45,480 bases of DNA, filler included, from Sphacelaria rigidula (GCA_964200075.2; 2 parts of 2 records of this genome joined end to end with filler, not necessarily neighbours in it), one strand, 5' to 3'; positions 23,567 to 37,340 are shown, counted from the whole stretch's first letter. Notes: generated by a model from the letters alone, not told the origin. Made by a program: numbers and translations.

Positions 23567-24034
23567 CCACAACAAAAGACTCCTTGCCACTATTTTGAAG
23601 CGAGCACACAAGTGCTTCTCCTCCACGCAGTTGACCGTGGCGATGCTGACGCCTCTAGAGGCTGCGTGTGATTCCATGGCATCTGCAGTCTCGTACAAAG
23701 TCGGAAGTAGCCGCTGACACCATATGCACCTGCCGGTACGGGGGTAGTGAGGGATGGGGGGGGATCAGGGGATGCGACAGCACATTACTCTACGTTCGAT
23801 GAGCGAGTTCGGGAAGGATATGACATTTTAACCGTCAAGAAACCACTGGGCGTGTAGCATATGGGCATGTCCCGCTTGACACCACCACACATGCTTCTCT
23901 GGCTCGCGCGCCGCAGGACTTGAAACGTACCAGGGTGCATAGAATACAACAAGCGTCACGTCGTGGTCTGTCAGCCAGCCGTCGAAGGTCTGCGATGTTA
24001 GCTCCATAACTCCCAAGCCGTCCCGGTGTGGCTC
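23324..24034 (-). CDS. Thioredoxin/PDI domain exons (PDI-C/ERGIC-type-like), copy 1: 24034-23931, 23729-23588, 23437-23324
   Basis: Spliced product: EPHRDGLGVMELTSQTFDGWLTDHDVTLVVFYAPW|CIWCQRLLP...IATVNCVEEKHLCARFKIV|AFPTLNVF...EYTCDRTTTALSSYL. Phases are consistent. Confidence 0.85.
23500..23574. repeat. (CAA)n microsatellite inside the thioredoxin intron
   Basis: About 25 CAA units; a shorter degenerate version lies in the paralogous intron at 45170-45215. Confidence 0.95.
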
Positions 24035-24148
24035 CTGTGACGACAACGATACGATAGAGTCAGCACACAACGCAGTAAGCCAATGTCTGACACATGAAAC
24101 ATATAAAACAGTGCATTACCTCAATTGCCACGCTGGTCCTCCAATTGG

Positions 24149-26960
24149 AAGCAGAATCAACTGTCACGACTTCGCAGATGCCCCGACAGCAACCTGCAGA
24201 AGATCACTGCTTGCAGTTGTGAACACAGACCCCTTGTAGCCTCCCTGATTCTTCACATGCATCGAGACCCAGGCATTCGGTCCAGACGCAACGGAGTACA
24301 TTCTAAACGGTCAGACCTGTACCGCTTGGTCGCAGTAGGGAAAAGTACCCACGCACGGCCACTATTTCGTCGGTAACTGCATGTGCGCCGTGAAGACGGG
24401 GTAGCTCACATGTCCCCACACATTATTTGACATCAACCATCCAGTTCCGAATCCACCGGCCGGAGCCACCCTACGCACTGGCTTGGCGGCAATGGGCTAG
24501 AAACAATTCATCTTGTATCCGAATCAGCCTGTTGATGCTACGCCTCGTGTGTGTTGGAGATCGATGTCACGACATTCCCAGAAGATCAAGAGACATCAGT
24601 GTCATGGCCAAGGTCATTCCGGGAGAGGGGTACAGCGAACGAACCCCACAAACTCCACTCTCCTTGACTACAAAACCCCGTCCTATACTGTGTCGTAGAC
24701 GAATCATATCCTCCACCCGCGTGAAGGTCGACGCTGTACACCTAATGGGGGTGGTGACGACAACGTTCCGGGTTCGACTTCCGCTCCGATCCCCACGAAA
24801 AAGCGAAACAAAACTGTGACAACAAGCGGGGCGCAAACAGCACCTACAAAAGGCCCGGAGCAGCAACCACAGTTGTTCATGAACTGACCAAACTCATTTC
24901 GGCAGGAAAGCTTCGTATCGGCACTCCAAAACGCTCATACAAATATATAGTAACACTCGAGGAACACTGCGAAATACTCCTTGTCCATACCCAGCGATAA
25001 CACCGAACTCTGAAAAACGAATCTCACACTCAATTATGGACAGTATATCATGAACAAAACAGGTGAGGCGGAACCCTCATCTATCGAAGGGATGCAGTGT
25101 GACGACCATCTGTACAGGACCTGATACCCCTGCCACGAAAGACATAACAATAACGTTGCACTCATGCACGCGAATGGCAAGGCATACCATTATCACAGTG
25201 GTCGCCCGGAATGCTTCAGCCACAACAACCAGTCGTGTGTGTTGCACCCGTGCCAGGACACCACAACGGCATCGATACTCATTCGGAAGGGTCGGTCAAT
25301 CCTACCCTGCATACTTACGCCAGGGCAACGGATGCAAGAAACTATACCTACTCGTATTTGCAACTCGTACGACAGTAGAAACATGACACGCATCGCTGCG
25401 CCATGGACAAGAGAGAGCTCTTATCCACTACCCAGTGTAGTGAACTTTCAAAATGATGTCGGAAGGTATACCCGAGCAGGAGGTTTACGATTTGGAGCAA
25501 CTTTGTCTGGACTATCTTCGAACCTCGTCAATATAGAACATTTTATATCGTACTCGGGCAAAGCGCACGGCTACATGAAGGAACAGCAACGGCTTGGTTA
25601 GGTACCCGAACCATCCGTCCCGCACCAGCGTACTTACCGCACATCTTGTGACGACCAACTCACAGGTGTTCTCGGGTACGGTAAAACGATTATTCCCGTT
25701 TTGCACCAACTCCAAGAGCGTAAGTTACTCGTGATGCAAGCGACGCATGATGTTTTTGATCCAAGTATTCCTTCCCAATTGGCGAGAAACATGGCTCTTC
25801 TGTTCCAAGCGCCCAGTGTTCAGCGCAACCTTCAGGCAGCTGGTCGCTGGGAAAAGCACAACGTGCACTCACTCGTACCCGCGCTTACACCGACTCGCCA
25901 GCCTCCTCTCATCGGATTTTCAGGCAGATCGTCAGCCTATGGATTGACAAAGTATCACGCCCTGGCCAAGACAAGTGGTTTCCAATATATATATATTGGT
26001 CGATTATACCGGAATATGGCGATATATTGCCAGCGTTATGTGTTGCTACCCTGAGACTCCACACGTATTACCCGCCCCACATATATTGGTGTCGTGGGAC
26101 TGCACACGTACTGCCCGCCCAATATATATATATATATATATATTGGTACCACGGGATTGCACACATATTGTACCATCAGTATATGTCAGGGCAGTGCGGG
26201 CAACGACATAGAGCTCTTTTGAACGACCGATATATATTGGGGTCGCATGCAACATATTACACGGGCAATATATATATATGTATATATCGGGGCCGTGTGG
26301 GTGCCAACATATTGTCCGGCCGATATATATTGGAGCCATGTAGGTGCCAACATATTGCCTGGTCAGTATATGCATCGGGGTAGCGTGCGCGACAATATAT
26401 CCACGCCCAACAACATCGATGCCAAGCATATGTTCCACCGAACTACACCATTCAACTGTCGTACACTACTGCATCCTGGAGCCATCCCGCCCAACGAATC
26501 TCTCCTTCTCTTTCAACGCACTTTTTTTCCCCTCACACTTCAAACCCGTCCCCTTCCTCGGGATGAGTCCGTGGTCTCGAGGGATCAACCCATCTCCCCC
26601 CGACACGCGCCTTTCATCTTGGTCTCGCGGATTGGGTCAGCACTCCCACACCGCGTCAACTCACGTCGCACAAACCCAGTCGACTACTTCGTTTACTCAC
26701 GTTCTCACGCTTTCCACAATATGATCAGTCAATATTTTGTTCGCGCGTAGACCGCTATACGAGAGTAATTTCGAATCATTCCGAGAAAAAAAAACAAAGT
26801 GAGTCCTTGAGCCGTCCCTCCGAAATATCCCTGTCTCCTAGTATCGCTGTAAAAGACGGCAGAAAACACGGGTTGATATGCGCCTTTGGGTACCACTCTG
26901 GTCACTAGTGCTGTGCTCGGTGCTGTTCTGCTTTTACCCTCGACAATACAACATGTTCCA
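24149..26960. repeat. ~2.7-kb segment duplicated at ~40900-43410 (degenerate TE-like sequence ending in TA-rich tandem repeats)
   Basis: Long colinear identity starting at aagcagaatcaactgtcacgacttcgcagatg in both copies; no intact ORF. Confidence 0.85.
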
Positions 26961-27614
26961 ACAAGATACCAATACATTACATTGAATTCAGCGCAAGTAT
27001 TGTCCTCATGATATATTCTGTGCTGAGATCTCTCGGAGATATCGAAGCGACAGTACTTATTTCTTGTGATATGATCGTGAAGTGATGCATGAGAATGTAT
27101 GTTAAACATGCCCTTGCTCCGGAAACGAAACGTTCAATATACACTGTTCATGCCGGCCGTGTATTTTTGAACGGTGATATATACATATAAAGACGTTTTG
27201 GCGGCTATCGCCGCCACGCTCAGTGGATCGACAGCCAAAATACTGTGCGCGGTCGAGAGGTGGCATCTCCGACGGCCACAGGGTCCATAGAGGTTTCCAG
27301 CGAGGAAATGCATCGAGCAGAACGCATCGCAACGTAAAATCGCCATGCAGAGCACATCCCGGAAAGCGTATGCACTCCAAACCCGACCAGAACCGGGACG
27401 CACCGTAATGTCGAGCGGAATGCAAGCGAAGAGGCTGATGTGCATTATCAGCGAAAACCTGTGCTCTAAAATCAAGTGAAGAAAAAATCCTGGCTCAGAG
27501 CTTCAGAGAACGAAATGGTCCCGAAACATCTGTAGTCTGAAACCAAGTGAAGAAATACAGCATTTTGACACCTGTCTGCAGGGAACGAACCTCAGAACAC
27601 TTGTAACTGCTATA

Positions 27615-28950
27615 TGTTGTACAGGGTTTTTGGCGCTTCGCGCCCCCGCTCAATGGAGCGTTCCCCAAGGCAAAGGGTAATGAGGAGTGTTGCTACCGGC
27701 ATCGGCCGTTGCCCACATGAAGAAGTGCTGAGAGGCGAAGATATGATTCAGAGAAAAAACTTGTGAAACGAGGATATTATTCAGAGGTAACTCCTGTGAC
27801 ACGGGGAGATTATTCAGAGATAACACATTCTCTTTTTTTTTTTCGCCTATTTGGACTTTCAAACATCGTCAACGACGATAAAACCCGCCCGAAAAAGAAT
27901 CGGCTGCACAACGAAAAAGGTAGCAGTGAAGTTCGACCCATTCTCCGTCCGAGAAATCTACGCGAAATGAACGTATTTAACGTTCAAAAAACGACAAACC
28001 CCGAACGAAAATGAAGAATTGAAACGAGGCAGAAGACACTGATCGTACAGAACCAAAGACTAACCGTCGATCTCCGCCCATCCTCCGTCTGATATATGTG
28101 CCCAAAATAAACCCATTTCAACATTCAATCACAGACAAAATTCGACCGAAAATAAAGACTTTTAGCGACCCAAAAGACACTGATCCTGAAGAACCAAGAA
28201 CTACCTATGAAGGAATATGACAGCATCGACAATATGAAGGGATTCACTGATGCCCGTCGATGAGACGATGTATATAAGACCATGTTTAATGGCAACGAAT
28301 CTCGATTATTTTAGACGGGGACTTAAATTCGCGAATTCAAAATCGGGAGGACCGTTTCATGGTACAGACGTTGTCATAGTTTTGTGAAATAGTTCTGTAC
28401 ACATACGGATATTTTCTGCACCAGTGCGGAAGTGCGTATTCGTGCATGAAGCCGAAGAGAAGGCAGACGGCGAATAATCCTCCGAGCACAGTGTCGTACT
28501 GTGGTACCTTACGGTAATACAGTGCAGGACACTCCATTATTACAGTGCATGATCGTGCATTGGTAGTATATGATGATGGCAAAGTCGGTATTGCGAGAAC
28601 AGTGACCAATCAGTGCGCAAGCAGAGTTCAGTAGTCCAGTGCACAACATCACCCTGCAACTACAGCGACAACAGACCAGGAGAGTACAGCACCTTTCGGT
28701 ATAGTGATACATGTGGCAGTGCAGTGCAGCATGAGATATTACCATCGCCACAGGGTGGGGCGTCAATAGTTATTATCCATCGGCGAAACCTCGTGCGAAG
28801 CTGCTACAGCAGCTGGCGCAGGCAGGCACACACTGCGTTGTCACGAGACTGTCTTCTGCTGCGGTTGCAGAAATATCTAACACCTCGTCCTGTACCATTG
28901 TACGTCAGTGCACGTACTTCTCCTCGAAATCGGGGGGACCTCAGATTTCC
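27615..28950. repeat. ~1.3-kb repeat unit, also at ~31375-32640 and partially at ~36700-37300
   Basis: Shared ttggcgcttcgcg...aatggagcg, gacactgatc motifs, aaatcggg.ggaccgtttcatggtacagacg. Confidence 0.85.
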
Positions 28951-29087
28951 CCCGATAAAAAAGGGTGGAAAATATTCTGAAATCGTGACACCATGATTTT
29001 TTGCCCAAATCGATGTCCATAGGTTCCCCGATTATTTTCCTCCCATCTGCGTAAAAATCGAGATCGGTGACTGCCATGAAGGATGGT

Positions 29088-29920
29088 CTTAACCCTTCGA
29101 CAGCGGGCGTCGCCTCAAACCAATGTCACAAGCTGACAGTGCAGGGACATCCAAGGGTGGCCTCGGGGCGGCGGCGGCGGCCGGGGGGAGGGGGAAGGGG
29201 GGGGACTACTCGCATAGTAGAGGTATCTCGAACTCGGCTCGCGGTATCCTGGTTTATTCGCTGGCTCCGGGTTGTGTACTTTTTTTTCAAGTGAAAGTGA
29301 TCGCGATTCATGGGAGGACCTGACTTGGCGGTCAAAGGGTCACATCATCTGATGAATCGGCATCACTTTCACTTGAAAAAATAGAACAAAACAAACCAGG
29401 ATACCGGAGCCGAGTTTGAGATACCTCTAATAAGAGCCGAAAACCTCACCAAGTCAACTATATCTGTTTCAGGAGTTTCCCACGGAAGATTATTGGCCAT
29501 GGATTATGTATTTTTCTCCCAGTTGAAGTTGATGCCGATTCAACAGATGATCACCCCTACTGGGTTGTTTCGTGTTTACAGCTTGTAGGAATCCACGCCA
29601 ACATTAACCCTTAGACCGCGAGGGTAGTTCATCTGGACCTCGCATACGCTTTTCAAGTGAACTTGATGCCGATTCAACATATGACCTACTCTCGTCGTTC
29701 AAGGGTTGGCCCTTCGAAGGCGAGAGAGAGTAGGTCATCTGTTCAATCGGCATCAATTTCACTGGAGAAGAGTATGAATGATCCAGATGGACTACCCCAT
29801 CGCGGTCTAATGGTTGCCACTCCTATACAGCAAGGATAGGTCATCTGTTGAATCGGCATCAATTTCACTTGGAAGAATGATGCATGATCGAGATAGAATA
29901 CTCTCGCGGCCGAGGGATTG
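29088..29920. repeat. Cluster of ~100-bp piggyBac-like units and related inverted repeats
   Basis: ttaacccttcgacagcg, ttaacccttagaccgcgag, aagggttggcccttcg; inverted pair ~29217-29311 / ~29352-29428. Confidence 0.7.
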
Positions 29921-32900
29921 ATGCCATGATGCACTGAAGATCTCCCTGTTATTGAGCTCAACGACACATGCTCCGCCAGACCTCCAGCTTCTGGTAAAGC
30001 CTCTAGCGCCGGAAGTGTTCATTTGTAGAATTCACATCGTTTGTACTTGAAAAGGCCTGAAAATGATGCCGATTCCACAAATTCTTCTAGTAATGGGTTC
30101 CCTTGGTGAGATTTTCTGCGATAGCCCCCCCTCCCAAAAAGTGGCTGGTTTGGAGAGGCAAAATCTACACGTGAATCGACATGAACTAAGCCGAGCAGAA
30201 GGAGCAGATGGTTCTTGGAATCGGCCTCATTTTCACTTGAAAAATACATGAGAATCAGGCCTAGTCCACAAATAAATGAACACCTCCGGCGGTTGAACGA
30301 TTGGGATTGGCGCCGTGGGACAAAGCACTCTGTGACTCCGAGAGCCATAGGATAGTCTCGGTGACACTTTCTGCGATAGCTCCCTACCCCAAAAGTGGCT
30401 GGTTTGGAGGGGTAAAATCTACAACACGTAAATCGAAATGAAAGGAGTTGAGCACAGCGAGCAGCTGATTTGTGGCATCGGCATCATCTTCACTTGAAAA
30501 ATACGTGAGCCGAGCACAACGAGCAGATGGGAAGTCCCACGCTTGGGTTCGTTTTCGCCAATGTCGCCCATATAAAGTGCTTCATGCAGCCTGAAATCAA
30601 ACATCAGGCGCTGTACGACCCTTTTCTTCGTGAAAGTTTTAGGCTGGTTTGGGGAGGGGAGGGGGGGAAAGCTACCGCAGAAAGTGCCCGATGCCCGAAT
30701 GTTTGCCATCTGCCTTCATTGGTGGATTACGGTTGGGGTTAGGGTGAGAGTGTAGCTGGGTCAGTCTATCAAAGATTTGGATACATCATAAAGAGGCGAA
30801 CTGACGACGGAATTGAACCCTTTAACCGCCTCTTGGAATCATTTTCAGCTCTCCAAGTTAAAAAAAGAGTGGTAGTCACTAGCACGAAGGGGGGGTAAAA
30901 CGGCTGAGAACATCACTGGTACTGTAGAGACATGCAGGTTCCGTTGCATTGACGGTGAAGAGTACGTCACTGGTGCCGGGGAAATAAGATACGTTAGATT
31001 TTCATGAGGGAAAAGTCAAACGGCTCGGCGCGTCACTGGTGTTGTTGGAGGTCCCGCGCGTGAAATCCCCAGGAGGAGGGAGAAGTGAAGAGTGACACGG
31101 AAACAGGTTGCGGTAATTCCGAGTGGAGATTATGGTGGCTAGGGCAGTCACTCGTCCCAGAGTAAATTCCGCGGAGAAACGGGAAAATTCCGCGAAGGGA
31201 AACAGGAAAGAGTGGATATATGGTAAATTCCTCAAAAAAGCACCGGAGAGATTTAACGGAATAATACTGGCCGCTGGTGCGTCCGACTTCGGAGGAATGG
31301 TGCACTCTCAGGCCCCGTAATTGCTGCACCTGCGTCCAGAGACCCGGAATGCGAACAAACTTAATGAATGAGAATAGTACAAGGTTTTTGGCGCTTCGCG
31401 CCACCACTTAATGGAGCGTTTCGCAAGGCAAAGGGGAGTGAGGAGTGTTGCTACCGGCAGCGGCCGTCGCCCACAGGGAGAAGTGCTGAGAGGCGAAGAT
31501 ATGGTTCAGATATAACTCGTTGTCTTCTTTTCGCCTTTTTGGACTTTCAAACATCGTCGGCGACGATAAAACCTCACCAAAAAGAGCCGAAACGAGGCAG
31601 AAGGCATTGGTCCTGCACGACTAAAAAGATAAACGTGAAGCTCTACCCATTCTCCGTCCGAGAAATCCACGCGAATGAACGTATTTAACCTTGAAAACGA
31701 GGCAAAAGACACTGATCGTACAGAACTGAAGAATTACGCCATTCTCCACCCATCCTACGTCTGAGATATCTGCCCAAAATGAACTCATTTCAACCTTCAA
31801 ACATGGACAAAAGTTGACCCAAAATCAAGAATCTTAGCGATGCAGAAGACACTGATCCTGCAGAATCAAGGACTCCCCATGAAGAAATATGACAGCATCG
31901 ACAGTATGAAGAAAAAATGTGGAAATCACTCTTGCCCGTCAATGAGACTACGTACAAGACGATCTTTTATGGCAACGAATCTCGATTTTTTTAGACGGGG
32001 CCGCAAATTCGCGAACTCAAAATCGGGGGGACCGTTTCATGGTACAGACGGTATGATATATTTGTGACAGTTCTGTACACACACGGTCCTTTTCTGCACG
32101 AGGGTGGTACTACGTACTCGCGCATGAAGCCGAATAGCAGGCAGGCGGTGAATAACCCTTCGAGTACAGTGCCGTACCTTGGTTCCCTAGGGGAATACAG
32201 TGGAGGACACTCCATTTAATACAGTGCACGAGCATGCCGTGTGGTAGTACATGATGACGGCACTGTCGGTATTGAGAGCAAAATGAACAATCAGTAAGCG
32301 AGAAGAGTTCAGTAGTGCAGTGCCATACATAACCCCTCAAGGACAGCGACAACAGACGAGGAGAGCACAGTACCGTTTGTCATAATAGTGATATATGTGG
32401 CAGCGCAGCGCAGCATCATGTATTACCATCGCCGCAGGTTACGGCGTCAACACTCATTATCCTTTTGTCACACCCCGTGCAAAGCTGCTTCAGCATCTGG
32501 TGCGGGCAGGCACGCCCTGCGCTGTCATGAGACTGTCTTCTGCTGCGATTACGAAAGTATCAAACGCCTCCTACCCTACCAATGTACGTCAATACACGGA
32601 CGTCCCCTCCTCGAAATCGGGGGGAGTCACGATCTCGAAATGATCTCCCGATCTTTAAAAACAAAATGGGCAGAAATGGTTCCGAGATCGCAACACCCCA
32701 ATATTATCTCCCCCGATTTGGACCATGAAATACGTTCCCCCATTTTTCCCCCCTCGATTAAAACAAATTTGTGATTGGTGACTGCCATAAAACAAAAAGG
32801 TTGATTGATTGATTCTCTCACATTAGCTGACTGAATCGATCCAGCCCGTGGTCAGGAGCAGCAAAAAAAACAGAATGATGTAAGAAAGATGAAGGGGAAA

Positions 32901-33089
32901 AAACAGAAAAAGATAAAAGTAGCGGTCTCAGAAAGGAAAGAAGAAAGGAAGCAGCGATGGTCTGAAACCCTTGGTATCCCTGACTAGGATATCGACGTGT
33001 AGATGTAAGCACACGCTAGTGATGTAGGCAAAGAAAAGCACACGCGGAATGAATAGTTGGCCAACTTGAAGCGAGTGATAGAACCCACT

Positions 33090-34305
33090 CTCAATCAACG
33101 CCCTACTCTCAATCTCACGAAACCATTGCTACCTGCCGCTGACACACGATTGAGAGGTAAAAGTCCCGAAAGGATTAACCCTTGGACCGCAATCAACGCC
33201 CTATTTTCAATCTCACGAAACCATCGCTACCTGCCGTTGACACACAATTGAGAGGTAAAAGGTCTCGAAAAGATTAACCCTTAGACCGCGAGGAGGGTAG
33301 TCCATCTGGATCATGCTTACTTTTTCAAGTGAGATTGATGCCGATTCAACAGGTGACCTACTCTTGCCGTCTAAGGGATACCCTTGGAACGCGATCAACG
33401 CCCTACTCTCAATCTCACGAAAACATTGTTACCTCCCGCTAACTCACGGTTGTGAGGTAGACGGTCCCAAAAGGGTTAACCCTTAGACCGCGAGGAGGGT
33501 AGTATATCTGGATCACGCATAGTTTTTCAAGTGAGATTGATGCCAATTCAAGAGGTGATCTACTCTTCTTGCCATCTAAGGGTTAACCCTTGGATCGCAA
33601 TCAACGCCCTACTCTCAATCTCAAGAGAATATTGTTACCTACCGCCAACACACGATTGTTGTGAGGTAGATGGCCCCAAAAGGGTGAACCCTTAGACCGC
33701 AAGGAGGGCAGTCCGTCTGGATCGCGCATACTTTATCAAGCGGAATTGATGCCGATTAAAATTGTGACCTACTCTTGCCCTCTAAGGGTCAACCCTCAGA
33801 CCGCGAGGGTAGGTCACCTACTGAATCGGCACCAATACTCACTTGAAAAAGAGTATGCATGATCCGGGTGGACTACCCGCACCGCGGTCTAAGGGACACC
33901 CCTTGGACCGCGATGCGGGTAGTCCACCTGGATCACGCATACTTTTCAAGCGAAATTGGTGCCGATTCAGCATATGACCTACCCTCGCGGTCAAAGGGCC
34001 GCGGTGCGGGTAGTCTATCTGCATCATGCATTCTCTTTCCAAGTGAAAATTGATGCCGATTCAGCAGGTGACCTCTTCTCGCGGTCGAAGGGTTGACCCT
34101 TAGACCGCGAGGGTAGTCTATCTGGATCATGCATCATGCTTTTTCCAAGTGACATTGATACCGATTCAAAATATGACCTTTTCTCACCATGTACGGGTTA
34201 ACCCTTAGACCCCGAGGGTAGTCCATCGGGATCATGCATATACTTTGCTCAAGTGAAATTGATGCCATGTCAACAGATGACCTACCCTCGACGTCAAAGG
34301 GTTAA
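33090..34305. mobile_element. Tandem array of ~12 piggyBac-like ~100-bp units joined at AAGGG-TTAA-CCCTT
   Basis: TTAA-like junctions at 33175, 33274, 33378, 33476, 33583, 33685, 33789, 33896, ~33998, 34093, 34198, 34302; unit ends CCCTTAGACCGCGAG...CTCGCGGTCNAAGGG. Confidence 0.8.
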
Positions 34306-35084
34306 GGACTACACCAGCATCGACACTACTGTGTGTGTGCGTGTGTGTTGCCATCCCATCTCTTGTAAGCACCGGTCTACATCTTCCGGTGTATGTGGGC
34401 GCACCATCCGGGGTCACACAGGAGAAAGGACAACACAGGAGTTTTCATTTTTTTTATTTGTGATAGTTCTTACTTTCCTTCTGCGGTGCCTGCCTTTTAT
34501 TTTTTATAGCGAGAGGGGTTCAGCAGTCCCTTCCTCTCGTCGACCGTTAAGTCGAGTTTCGTGTACCCATGACATCGTTGCTCTCCACTATTGGGCATTG
34601 TGTGAGAAAAAAACCAGATCGCTCCGAGATTTGAACCCACGACCCACTGGAAGGCGATGGCACGCTGACTCTTTCTTGCCGTTTAATCCAGCGGAGGCAT
34701 ACCGCACGCATACTGACTCTGCACGCTCTTGACTGCATGGTCAAAACAGGTCAGGAGTCCCTGGAACTGCCTTCTGCATAGATGCTCAGCATCCACATGA
34801 TTATACACATGATCATGAGAAAATGCGTTTTGTGTAGCGAGAAAAGAGCTGTTCTGAACCCCACATGTGGCATAGTCCATCTCAGTCCACCTGCGGGGTC
34901 GCTGAGGGTTAACCCTTGGACAGCGAGGGCAGGTCATCTGTTGAATCGGCATCAATTTCACCTCAAAGAAGTGTGTATAGTCTAGATGGACTACGTTCGT
35001 GGTCCTCACACCGTGGTGGTAGTCCACCTAGATTATGCATTATTTTCTCAAGTGAAAATGATGCCGACTCAACAGATCGCGGTC

Positions 35085-35830
35085 TTCTGGTAAATCACTT
35101 TAGTGTCGCAGGTGTTCATGTGCGGAATCGGCATCATTTTTACTCGAAAAGGGCCTGAAAATGATGCCGATTCCACAAATAAATGAATACTTCCACTGGG
35201 TCGAAGGTTTGTGTCTACGCCGTAGAACGAAGCACTCTTTGCCTACGGAGCGATCAAACACCCTCGCTGCCCGAGTGTTCGAGGTCTGCCTTTCTCGGGG
35301 TACGGCTGGGGTTAGTGTTGGAGTGCAGTTTGGTCAGTCTGCAAAGAATGCATTTATCGAGAATAAAGGGGTTTTAACGAAATAAAACCTTGGACCACCG
35401 GAGGTGTCCATTTGTTGACGGCACCACGTAATCATTTAGATAAATCGGTATCATTTTCATCAAAGCGCCGGAGTTCAAAGTGGAATTGGCATCATTTTTA
35501 CTCGGAAAGGGCCTGAAAATAATGCCGATTTTACCACTGAATGAATACTTTCACTGGGTCGGAGGGTTCGTATCTACACCGTCGGACGAAGCACCATCTG
35601 CCTCCGGAGCAATAGAACAGCCTCGCTGCGCGAGTGAGTGTTCGAGGTCTGCCTTTCTCGGGACACGGCTGGGTTAGTGTTGAAGTGCAGTTGGGTCAGT
35701 CAATAAAATACGCGGATATTGTGAAGAAGGGGCTGATAACGAAGTAAAGCCTTGGACGGCCGCAGGTGTCCATTTGCTGACGGCATCAAAGTATTGAATT
35801 TATGAAATCGGCATCGTTTTCAAGATATCA
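35085..35830 (+). repeat. Tandem duplication of a ~360-bp unit
   Basis: ggaat.ggcatcatttttactcg.aaagggcctgaaaat.atgccgatt occurs at ~35124 and ~35482 with colinear downstream sequence. Confidence 0.8.
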
Positions 35831-36766
35831 AGGCCTGTGTTTGGGCGCTCGGCCGGAGCGATCTCAGTCAAGGCATATGTACTAGTGGTGATATTCAAGT
35901 AATGATAGTGCGACTGACGCCTCAACGCTCAGGGAGAAGAAGGTTGCCGCGATAGCCAAATATATCTATGTACACTTCCCTAGGGTGTACGGGGCACCTT
36001 GGCGCCAGGCGCGGCACGTGGTGAGCTCCAACAAAAAAACTGCTGCAGAAAGGAGGCAAGTTAGGTAGTGATGGAGAAATAGAGAGGTAGGTGTCTCCAA
36101 CAGCGAGAGAGGTGTGGACGGCCAAGAAGGAGACTCGAGACGGGCTGAAGACAAAATGAAAAAATTCCTTTCAAGTCCGCAGAAAGAAAACGGAAAAAAA
36201 AACCCTGTAGTGATCACAGAGAAACGGAAGAATCAAATGTTGCGAAACGGGGGTCAAACGGCTGGGAGCGTCACTGGGCGCGAAAGGAGGTCAAACGGCT
36301 GGAAACGTCACTGGTTCCAGAGTAAATTCCGCGCGAATGGCTGGCGAAGTCACTCGTGAAGTGGTGCTGAAGTGGCAGAGAAGAGAGTATGATAATCCGA
36401 GAGAGGTAAAGTTGTCAGTGGTAAAAGTGGTAGAAAAGGTGAGATTCCGAGGGAGGGGTAGAGGTGCGAAAGTCGCAGAAAATTGCGAAATTCTGAATAA
36501 ATAAATCGACGAAAGCGCAAATTCCCAACAGTAAATAGGAGATGCTGTTCATCACAGAGAAACGGAAGAATCAAATACTGGCCGCTGGTGCGTCGGACTT
36601 CGGAGGAAGGNNNNNNNNNNAGGAAGGGTGCGCTGTCAGGCCCCGTAATTGTTGCACCTGCATCCAGAGACCCGGAATGTGGACAAACTTAATGAATAAG
36701 AATAATACAAGGTGTTTGGCGCTTCGCGTCACCGCTCAATGGAGCGATTGCCAAGGCGAATGTAAA

Positions 36767-36868
36767 CCCTTTCATTGCGAGGGCAGGTTACCTGCTGAAT
36801 TGGCATCAATAATCGCTTGAAGAAAGTATGCATGATCCAGATGGGCTACCCGCATCGCGGTCTACGGG
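36767..36868. mobile_element. Solo 102-bp piggyBac-like unit with TAAA direct repeats
   Basis: TAAA|CCCTTT...CGCGGTCTACGGG|TAAA; absent from the homologous sites at ~27672 and ~31430. Confidence 0.75.
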
Positions 36869-37340
36869 TAAATGATGAAATGGGCATCAACCGTCGCCCA
36901 CATACAGGAGTGCTCAGAGGGGAGGATATGATTGAGATATGACTCCTTCGACATTCAGATATTCTCCATTATTGTCTCTCTTAATCACCGACGACGATAA
37001 AACCCGACCCAAAAAGAATCGAAACGGGGCAGAAAGCACTGATCTTGCACAACGAAAAAGATAGCCGAAAAGCTCCCCCCAGTCTTCGTCCGAGAAATCG
37101 ACACAAAATGAACTCATTTACCCTTCAAACAACTATGAAAACCGAACGGAAATGAAGAATCGAAGGAAACAGGAGACACTGATCCTACAGAAGCAAAAAA
37201 ATAACCGTGAATCTCCACCCATCTCACGTGTGGGATATCTGCCCAAAATGAACTCCCTTGAACCTTCAAACATCGACAAATTTCGATCGAAGAGTTTCAG
37301 TTCCGAGATGACCCTCCACGAGGCCTGATATGCTTTCTGG

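Noticed and set aside
23403-23717. PolyQ/polyN/polyV/polyL ORFs
   Set aside because: Translations of an intronic (CAA)n microsatellite.
33090-34305. Telomeric repeat interpretation of TTAACCCT/AGGGTTAA
   Set aside because: The motifs occur singly every ~100 bp as dyads, not as tandem TTAGGG runs.
34615-34700. tRNA-like sequence on the minus strand (GGTCGTGGGTTCAAATC)
   Set aside because: Only a T-arm/B-box-like motif is present, not a full tRNA structure.
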